Shown: positions 54,238 to 64,000 of the stretch, piece after piece
Layout of the letters: the number at the start of each line of letters is the position of its first letter
Numbering within the stretch: position 1 is the first letter of the stretch
NCBI RefSeq assembly: GCF_001194135.2
Contig: NC_068997.1
Span: 57,308,273-57,372,272 of the forward strand
DNA: 64,000 nucleotides
Origin: Octopus bimaculoides
Taxonomy: Eukaryota
Reading direction: 5' to 3'
Position numbers and translations under genes: made by a program
Notes under the pieces: model-generated
What the model saw: the letters and a program-made list of their open reading frames with translations, nothing else
Databases searched by the model: none
Told to the model about the DNA's origin: nothing

Positions 54238-54775
54238 CCAAATCCAGTGATCGGAGGTCGTTAAAAAGTCGTCCTCGCTTCCAAAGCGATTCCAGGTCAT
54301 GGACGTTTAAACTGCCTAACTTGAGCAAAACCATGATGAGAGAAATGGGAAAAGAAAATGATGCACTACTTATTTTTTCAGCTGCGGGGAGAGTAAGAGG
54401 TTTTTCTCACTCTTCTGGGTGGCTGCGTGAGTATCCACGATCACGTTTTTGTATAAACATTTGGTTCTTGTTCTTTGGATAACAAAATGATGGCGTGTAA
54501 ACAAAAGTAACAAGTATGAAGTTTGAAAAAATTTAAATGTAAATGCAAATAACAAGGTGGTACTCCGAAAGGAGGATCATGCTGGGTTGGACGTGGAGAC
54601 CTCACAAGCCACGAGCCAAATAGGTCGCTCAAGTTAGTCTCATATGAATATTACATCCAAATCCACTGATTTGAGATCGTTGAACAAGTATCCTTGCTTC
54701 CAAGGCGATCCCAAGTCACGTACAGTTGTGCTGGCTAGCTTGAACGAGAACATGAGAGAAAAATAAGAAAACGAG
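54238..54775 (+). repeat. Diverged direct repeat pair of about 120 bp (54238-54360 and 54657-54775)
   Basis: CCAAATCCAGTGATCGGAGGTCGTT..GCTTCCAAAGCGATTCCAGGTCA versus CCAAATCCACTGATTTGAGATCGTT..GCTTCCAAGGCGATCCCAAGTCA; a second shared motif CTGGGTTGG(T/A)CGTGGA occurs at about 53960 and 54582. Confidence 0.75.
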
Positions 54776-55325
54776 CGTAGTTACTTACGCTGTGTGTTGA
54801 GGAGGGTATCTTCAATTAAATGTTGGGTGGCTTGTAGGGGTATGCTCAAATTTTTGTATAAGTGTTTTGTGAACATTCTTTGTAGATTTCCTATGTCATT
54901 GGAGTATTTGTCTTTTAGTTGAATGAAATGCCACTGTTTTTGAATGTGCTTGGAGACATGTGATTGCAGGGTATGGACTAGTGTGGTGTGATGTTCTGGT
55001 TGTCTTGTGTGCATTCCATGAGCGATGTGTTTGTTGTGTTAATAGGTGTGAGGTTTGTGAGTGTGCATTTAGGGTGCGGAGCCGGCAGTGGCGCTGATGG
55101 TGTAAGTAATGTGGGTGTGAGTGAAGATGGTTGTGTGTCTTTGTTGCAGTCATTACAAAAAAACTCGATTAGTTGCTTGATTAATTATCCTAAAATAATA
55201 AAAGGATACCATTACCCGGCGTTATAATAGTTATTCGTTGGAAATACAAACTTAGAAAGAAAATAAAAATATATATGTGATAGTGGATATATCCCCCCCC
55301 GCAAGCATATATTAAAATATGCTTA

Positions 55326-55388
<63 letters not shown>

Positions 55389-56354
55389 GCATACATATTT
55401 GTATGCATTATATGACATTCTTTTGCAAGAAATCTCCTGTCAGCATTGTTTTCACTTCACCAAGACTCATTTTTCCAATTTTCACTTTTCCAAACAACCA
55501 CCAATGATAGTGTCGTCTGCTAATGCTATTCGTTTATTATTTTACTCCCGCCAACTAATGCACTGAATGGTATACAAGTTTTTCTCCATATCATTTATAC
55601 ATGAAACTGACGTAATTTTCTCGATATTTCGCCAAATCTATACAATTGCAGTTATCATCCCAAAGAGATTCCTAAGAAAATGAACCTTGCAATAAGAAAA
55701 AAAAAAAAAAAAAATTACACCTTATCATTTATTGCAAAGAATTTATTTCAAGACCTCTGCATACTCTTGCAAAGTTTATGCTCCTATGAGGTCGCTTTCA
55801 CTAGAGCATCAGAAGATTACAGTGATGCAATGATGCTAAACGTTTCCCATGATATAATCCAATAGACAAATTACACCACTAATAAATATAAATCTTCGAA
55901 AACATTTTGCTTCAGTTGAAGAAGAGGAATCTATAGATATTGCATTAACAATATATATATATATATACAGGTAGATGTGGGCACTTTGCCAACACTAGAC
56001 GGTTGTTTCACTTGAATATAGGGGAACAATGTAAAATGTCTTACGTTTGGAGACAAGGCATTACTCAATCATGAAATCGAGTCAATGTATTTATGATAGT
56101 GATATCAACATCGTAACGAAGAAGTCAGGCGCCTTTAGTTGCATTAGCGACTCTCTTTAATATCTTATTCTTAAATAAGTTCATTCCTAGGTATGTTCAA
56201 ATTAGGAACCTTTATTTCGAAATGAAGAGAGTGGATCACGTTATTAATCTTGTTAAATTTTCATTCATAATTTCATATTCCAAACTTTTATCTAAAAAAT
56301 TTTAATTTTTCAAAGTTCCAACTGACAAGTAATTCTTATCACTACTTCAACATG

Positions 56355-57098
56355 ACTGGTCCGTTAGAACAGAGGTTAATACCAGTTTTAACCACAGAAG
56401 GAGGCCTCCTCCAGCTGGTTGTCGATGCAATCTCCACCCATATATATTGGAAACATGAGAGCGAATCCCTACTATATCTAGCGACGACAATGAGACTACC
56501 AAATCATCCGGTTTCAAAGTTATTTGTACTCATCCTCAATGGTAGATAACTACTGCTAGAGACAGCAGTAGTTCGCTCCAGCTCGCAATATATAGACAAA
56601 TAAGTAACAACTCATCACTGCAACAAGTAAAGTAGCCAGTTAGAAAATCTCTATAAGAGATGAAAGAAGTAACTATACCGAGAGATAATTTTTATCGCCA
56701 CTTCAAAATGGCGGTTCCGAAGGAACAGAAGTTATTACCATTTAAAACCCCAGGATGAGTTCTCCAGCTGGTTATCCAGCTGGTTATCGACGCAGTCTAT
56801 AGCTGATATATGTGGCAAGCAGTGGAGCGAAGCCCTACCACCTTCTACCGATGATAACGGGACCACCAGACTACCTGGTTTCCAGCTATCTCTAACGGAA
56901 GATGTCGATCACTGAAGATGAGAGAGCTCAAAACCCAACACTCTGGTGGTCCTTTTGTCGTCGCTAGAAAATGTCATGGGTTCGTTCCCCTGCTTGCAAT
57001 ATATATATATAGGACGTAGATTGCATCGATAACTAGTTGAAGGAGGCCTCTTCCTGGGGTTAAAAATGGTAGTAACGTCTGTGCCTACGGAAGAACCA
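56355..57098. repeat. Cluster of three diverged copies of one repeat: + (56355-56560), + (56712-56930), - (57010-57098)
   Basis: The reverse complement of 57010-57098 (GGCACAGACGTTACTACCATTTTTAACCCCAGGAAGAGGCCTCCTTCAACTAGTTATCGATGCAATCT) aligns with both + copies. Confidence 0.75.
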
Positions 57099-59127
57099 TG
57101 TTGATGTGGCGATAAGCATTATTTCTCAATATAGTTACCACTCTCATCTCTTAAAGAGATTTTCTAACTTTGCTTGTTGAAAGTTCTAACTCTTTAATTA
57201 TTAATATTATTATTATTATTATTATTTTATTTTTATTATTTCTAACGATTTAACTATATGTTTTCTACTTGACAGAAATAATATTTAGCAGTATTATTTA
57301 CTAATTGATATTATTTTTAACTCTTATTTAGTTATACCTCATTCGCTAAGTGTGATGTATTGCTAACTAGTGAAGTTTTGTATTGCTAATTTTGAGAGTA
57401 TTAATAATATTTTGCTAATACTAATCGTTCAACAAACTCTATTTTCCGTTGTACATTTACAATGGCTTTAAGCTCTCTGAAGAGAAATTGTTCTTTGTTT
57501 AATAATTCCAACTTAGCGAAACTCATCCTCCATGAATGCCCGTGTGACTGGAACTGTCAATAAATGTTTATAAGTCGTAGAGTTTTCTTCTTTTTTTTTT
57601 TATATACTAGAATGGAAGCATTCCGATACTTAACAAAAAAAAAACAAAACAAAAAAACGGCAAGTCTTCAAATTTGTTTTCTCTACTCGAAGAATAAAGT
57701 TCTGAGAATAACGAAATTTATTTTATGTGCAACAGAAATATCTTGAGACTTTCCCCACAACAATGAATTATTTAACAGTATATCTCATACAGATAACAGA
57801 AAGTTAATGTCACAGTCGTGCTGTTGTTTAAATTTGTTTGTCAGTGATTGTATTACCTGATCCATTACAACAATAGATTACTCCAAGTGATTCCTCCAAC
57901 GACTTCTCTACATTATCTTTATGCCTATTTTTCTAGAGATATGTATATCGGTTCAATACCTATTTTATATACGATTACTCTAAAGTTACATTAACAGGAG
58001 CACAAAATATTTCTGTATCATTAGAGGCGATTTCATTTCAGTAATATTGTTGATGGCATTTCTAAATGTTTTGGCGCAAACGAAAGTGTCATTCCCGTAT
58101 GATTGCTAATAAATATGGCGACACATAACAGTAATGTTCTACTGAAATGGTATTTATGCGCCCTATTTAATAAAACATTAAGGTGTCCAGAATGTCTCTC
58201 TCGAAGTTACCTTTATCAATTGGTGCCACGTAAAACCACTTCTTAATGCCTTAATTTCCCTTCTTGCTTCCACTTCGTCATGTCAATAAAACAACGTACA
58301 AGATCCGGCATTAACCTCGTTCCTTAGAGGAAAGTTTAGTGTGTGGCAATTCTCATTCTTTAGATCAAGAATTCTTCTTTAACATAATACTCACTACATT
58401 AACCTCAACTAGTTATTCCCATTTCTCAGACTAACTGTCACCGATTCAAGCTCAGTTGGTATGAATGCAGTTTATTTTCATACCAATCGTTAATGTAACA
58501 CAGACTCCATACAACTAAAACCACTTCAACATGGTCTTATACTTCAAAAACACAAGGGTTTAAATGGCAAAGCTATTTATTCAAAACATTATTGTCCATT
58601 TCGTCGTCCTGCAGCCATCTCTCTCCATCACCTTCTATCAATATATTTTTTTTGATAATATTTTACATGAACATTATGGGAAAGAAATTTTTAAAAAAAA
58701 TAAAATATAAAAAAGTATGAGATATTTATCTCTGTCCAGAAGGAATTTTGTTGTTTTATTAATTCTTTTTAAATGGTATCAGCGATTAGCTGTTTTTCTA
58801 GACGTTCTGTTAAAAACAAATTAACTCACTCAACTTTACATGAGTTCACAATAAAGTCTATAAAAAACATTTGTTTCTTTAGGTTTTGGTTAATATTGTG
58901 TTTTGTTTTCATGTTCCATTGGAGCGTGATGAAAGAGTAACTTGACATTGCCGACATTGATTCTGCAATGAATCGTCATTGTAAGAACTGAAACTGCGAC
59001 TCTCCGTTTCCGAATATGTTACCCTCCCCGATAATTCTGTGTTATCATTTTCAAACATAATTCACAGCAGCGAATATATTTTCCGGTTCAAAATTTACTT
59101 AAAACTTTCTATTCTGTCGAATTATGG

Positions 59128-59305
59128 CACGAAGCAAGGCTTTTGAGAGGAGGGGTAAGTTGATAGCATAGATCTCAATCATCACGTGGTAGTTTTATTT
59201 TATTGACCCCGATAGGAAGGAGCGCAAAATTGACCTCGGCAAGATTTGCCCAAAAGATGTACAGAGTAGAAGAAATGCTGTTAAACATTTTATCCAACGT
59301 ACTAT
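59128..59305 (-). mobile_element. Degenerate family-1 SINE
   Basis: TTTATTGACCCCGATAGGA..AAAATTGACCTCGGCAAGATTTG matches the family reverse complement. Confidence 0.65.
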
Positions 59306-59599
59306 TGATCCCCCTACACACGTATACATACACGCGCGTACACACACACACACACACACGCACATAGGGTGTTTGGGCTAAATGAGACAGCTTGCATAAA
59401 TGGTAAAGATAACAAAAAATCATCCCAAAATAATAAAAGTATTTAACGAAATTCAAAAACTACCAACTGGATTATGGCTGTGAGATAGCAGCTTATCCAC
59501 AGCAGCCGCCCTCAGCTTCCTTCACGGCCTCAAAATAGCTATGAACCTGGCCCATGCATTCCTCACTATGACTCTTTTCAAATACGTCCTTGATCTTGG

Positions 59600-59860
59600 T
59601 TACCAGCTTGGCATTGGTGTTGTAGCATCAGTTGTCAAGCGATGACGGAGAAACAAACACAGACGCAAAGACACATGCACATATACCTACCTACCTACTA
59701 CATATCTATCTATAGATAAATACCTACATATATCTCAAACCTCTTGATTGGACTATATCAGGTGGAGAAGAGCCATGCAAGGAACGTGAAGAGAGCACAG
59801 TATAAAGAAAGTCATGGTGGTGCTCCAGCATGACCGCAGTCACTTGGCTGAAACGCATAA
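59600..59860. mobile_element. SINE family-2-like fragments (minus piece about 59620-59670, plus-strand tail about 59810-59860)
   Basis: GCATCAGTTGTCAAGCGATGACGGAGAAACAAACACAG and GGTGGTGCTCCAGCATGACCGCAGTC..GCTGAAAC. Confidence 0.55.
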
Positions 59861-59868
59861 ATAAATAA

Positions 59869-59921
<53 letters not shown>

Positions 59922-60690
59922 TATATAAGATAATAAGAGTGAAAAAACTACAGAAGGCTTGTGTTACATGGTTAAAGTATATATTTAAATTATGTCAGAA
60001 AAATGTTACAAAATCTTTTTGGTATATAAACATTGTATTTTGAGAAATAACCGGTTTCGTGTTGTCTTTTCAAATTTCTCTACTTCATTGTAACGTGTTC
60101 GCTCCNNNNNNNNNNNNNNNNNNNNNNNNNNNNNNNNNNNNNNNNNNNNNNNNNNNNNNNNNNNNNNNNNNNNNNNNNNNNNNNNNNNNNNNNNNNNNNN
60201 NNNNNNNNNNNNNNNNNNNNNNNNNNNNNNNNNNNNNNNNNNNNNNNNNNNNNNNNNNNNNNNNNNNNNNNNNNNNNNNNNNNNNNNNNNNNNNNNNNNN
60301 NNNNNNNNNNNNNNNNNNNNNNNNNNNNNNNNNNNNNNNNNNNNNNNNNNNNNNNNNNNNNNNNNNNNNNNNNNNNNNNNNNNNNNNNNNNNNNNNNNNN
60401 NNNNNNNNNNNNNNNNNNNNNNNNNNNNNNNNNNNNNNNNNNNNNNNNNNNNNNNNNNNNNNNNNNNNNNNNNNNNNNNNNNNNNNNNNNNNNNNNNNNN
60501 NNNNNNNNNNNNNNNNNNNNNNNNNNNNNNNNNNNNNNNNNNNNNNNNNNNNNNNNNNNNNNNNNNNNNNNNNNNNNNNNNNNNNNNNNNNNNNNNNNNN
60601 NNNNNNNNNNNNNNNNNNNNNNNNNNNNNNNNNNNNNNNNNNNNNNNNNNNNNNNNNNNNNNNNNNNNNNNNNNNNNNNNNNNNNNNNNN

Positions 60691-60753
<63 letters not shown>

Positions 60754-61064
60754 AACACACACATATATATGCAACAAAGCACGGGCAGGCTCTCCCAGAT
60801 TTTGGGGAATCATACCTTTGGTTAACCCAGAAAAGTTGAAATCGTTATACTTGCGGTTGATAAAACTAAAGGAGTATGTCGCGAATCGTTGAATTAAAGA
60901 ATGCATCGAAGCCAATATATGGAATAGATTTTCTTTGTAGATATGATTTGGGATAAGCACAACTGCATATAGATATCCAGCACTAACCCATCATGAGCTT
61001 GAGATTAGGTGTAGAAGAAGCAACTGCTTACGGTCGAAATATTCTTTCCTGTCTCCTGTTGCAG

Positions 61065-61095
61065 TCTTGGAGATTTTAGGGACAACAGTAGACAT
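61065..61095 (+). other. Candidate 31-nt microexon
   Basis: Acceptor ATTCTTTCCTGTCTCCTGTTGCAG ending 61064, donor CAT|GTGAGT at 61095/61096; open frames LEILGTTVD or LGDFRDNSRH. Confidence 0.3.
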
Positions 61096-62031
61096 GTGAG
61101 TTCATTATTTCATACTGTAAAGGGGTTGAATTTGTAAAAAGTTTTTGGGAATTTAGTTTGTGCGATGTTCGAATGATGTGTTAAGCTGTGTACTAGTTAT
61201 TTGTGGACATTGTTAATTAGTAAAGTTGGAAGAGACAAGGTTGTTATGCTCCATTTTAAAAAGCTGTCAAGGTTATGTCATTTAAGTGGCCGTTAGCTTG
61301 CACATAAATATTAGCTGTGTACAAACAATGAAGAAGGTACGAAGGGTGATATTATTTACAGGGAAATGTGTTTTAGGTGTGATTCAATTTATCGGAGTCA
61401 CTACATATATAATGTATATGCATACATATCTACGTGTATATATATATGTACATATATGGGTCGAAACGATCGTCGTACTCAATAAAGATTAATGCTAAAT
61501 CTATCTTCCGTTTCTTTCATCAAATATTATCATTATAAATGTGTATATATGCACACACACGCACACACACACACTTTATATATATATATATATATGTATA
61601 CACACATGTATGCGTGTATATGTGTATGCATTAAGTATGTGTTATAGGAACCAGTACGTGTGCATACATTATATAATCTATTAAATGAACATCTATTATA
61701 TCATATCACTTTCAATATGCGGTATTGACATCTCGAGACATCAACTTTCTGACTCCTCTCATCATGTGTTGAAGCTTCCTTAGGAGAATCTTGGTTCACA
61801 CAAGCACACACATACACACGTTTAAACCCACATCCTTACGCGGACACATTCATACATACTTCACGAGCATACATACATATATGCAAATGCATATATATTA
61901 TATACTGTATACATAATATATACAACTGCAATCGATGCAGATTTTATAAATACGTATGCATTTGTTAAATATAACACAGATATTCGCTATACAGACGGTG
62001 TGTGTACGTAAGCACGTGCATATATACATAT

Positions 62032-62082
<51 letters not shown>

Positions 62083-62678
62083 AGATATTTGAATTTATGT
62101 ATATACAAATATATTTATACTAATATGCATATATATATATGTGTATATATATATGTGTATATATATATGTGTATATATATATATATATAAATATAAATAC
62201 TTACAAACAAAGAGACTCTAACAGATACACAGAGAGACATGACGAGAAGAAAGTGGGGGGAAGAGTGCAGGGAAGGATGGGTGGGAGAAATTGATGGTTG
62301 TGGTGGTGGTGGTGGTGGTGGTGGTGAGTGTAGATGAAATCATTGGTGAACAGGAAAACAAAAAAAAAAAAACAGATTCAGGAAATGGAATAAATAAATG
62401 TAAAATATGGACGTATAATTGGCTTAAAGAATATGGAATCCTTGAAAGTGTTAAAGACTCTATTGAATCTGTGATAACATTTGACATTCCAGTGTTGAGG
62501 TTGGAAGTTAAGAAATACATTCACGTAAACAACAATAAGAATACGCAACAAATACAAACCTCAACTAAATAAACAAATTTAATGACTACAACTGTTATTT
62601 CTATCTCCATCCTCCTCCTCCTCTTTCTACTACAACCACCCCAACAAGCCACTACTACTACTACCCCTGCTACTGCTG

Positions 62679-62721
<43 letters not shown>

Positions 62722-62800
62722 GAAAAGAACATCATCTAGAACAGAAGCAATAGGGAAGTGAGGCGACTGTTCAGTAGTGGCAAAAACAGAAAGAAAAAAT

Positions 62801-63010
62801 AATCCTTTCTAATAAAGTCACAAGGCCTGAAATTTGTCGGGTGTGGGGCGAGGGGAACTAATCGATTACATCAATCCCAGTTGTTTCGACCCCGAAAGCC
62901 CGATGGGCAAAAGATCGTGCCAGCTTACCGCCTTAATAATAATGATAATAATTCTTTTATTGGCCACAAGGGCTAATATAGAGATACATTAAAAGACTTG
63001 ACAGGAATCA
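62801..63010 (-). mobile_element. Internally deleted family-1 SINE preceded (on its own strand) by the tail of another copy
   Basis: CACAAGGCCTGAAATTT..AATCGATTACATC..GACCCCGAAAG..GCCAGCTTACCGCCTT, then TTCTTTTATTGGCCACAAGGGCTA, the reverse complement of the tail at about 4850-4880. Confidence 0.75.
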
Positions 63011-63375
63011 CCTTCAGCTGTCACAGGCACCATATTTTATCAATAACATAAAAAGGTAGCAATATTATTGTACAAAAAAAAACAATGGTTTACATGGGTC
63101 TCTCCCCAAGAATCACGTTGAACGAAACAAAAAATAAAAGCATATACTTTGCATCATGTGATCGTGCGCAGAACAGAGAAGCTATACAAGAGAAACCAGT
63201 CACACAGTTAAAATTCGTTTGATTGTACATGTAGAAGGGTGGACTATGTTTCGGTAACAGTAGTATTCTGCCACGTACATCGTCCCTTCTACATGGTGTA
63301 ATGTGAGCCCAAACTCTCAGAAAAACTCACACAGCAGACAAACATAGAAAGAATGTCATCGTGTGTGTGTGTGTA

Positions 63376-63521
<146 letters not shown>

Positions 63522-63690
63522 TAGCAACAATATTGACAATTGCAATTGACCAAACATTGTTTTGGTGAGTGGTTCACCATCAAGGATCAAGGAATAAGTA
63601 AGTCTAAAATTTTAACTTTAGCAAACACCAGGTTTGGATTTGTTGTAATTTGTCAATATATTTCCAACTGATACTATTGTGTCGATTGTC

Positions 63691-64000
63691 ATTGACACCC
63701 CTAGCGGATTAAAGACTGAACTAAGGGAACTCTTATAAAGAGTAGAGGTTGTTAGTAGCCGGAGGTGAGAGAGCGTTTTGGTAGTCTCGCGAAGTACGTC
63801 GTGTGAACACATTGGTCAAATATGTCTTCGAAAGAATAAAAATATTATGGGTTTAAGCACCGTCTCAAAAGGGGAGATGTGGCGAGAGTTATTGACACCC
63901 CTGGTGGATTGAAAAATTGACTGGCGGAACTCTTATAAAGCGTAGACGTCGGTACTAGTCGGGCAGAGAGCGTTTTGGTAGTCGCGCGAAGTTCGTCATG
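63691..64000 (+). repeat. Tandem repeat with 200-bp period, second copy cut by the window end
   Basis: ATTGACACCCCT at 63691 and 63891; shared GGAACTCTTATAAAG and AGAGAGCGTTTTGGTAGTC(T/G)CGCGAAGT. Confidence 0.8.

Overview
AT-rich, microsatellite-dense eukaryotic genomic DNA with five assembly gaps. The SINE families and overall composition point to an octopod cephalopod; this is an inference from recalled repeat families, not a database result. I found no intact protein-coding gene, rRNA, functional tRNA or CRISPR array, and almost all supplied ORFs are read-through of (TA)n, (CA)n or (GA)n repeats. The window is mainly a graveyard of mobile elements: at least six fragments of R4/Dong-type non-LTR retrotransposons (restriction-like endonuclease), one Tx1/L1-clade RT fragment, RTE and CR1-like fragments, three tRNA-derived SINE families, a Ty3/gypsy-like LTR remnant and a Penelope-like terminal fragment. 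The unexplained signals most worth checking are: (TAA)n/(ATT)n-associated insertion of R4-type elements and SINEs; a compact promoter-like motif cluster near 25.2 kb with a downstream splice donor; a probable decayed 7TM/GPCR-like gene on the minus strand (12.3-13.3 kb); several exon-like tracts; a tiny telomere-repeat insertion flanked by a 12-bp direct repeat; and an inverted repeat pair able to form dsRNA. I found no convincing novel multi-gene system.
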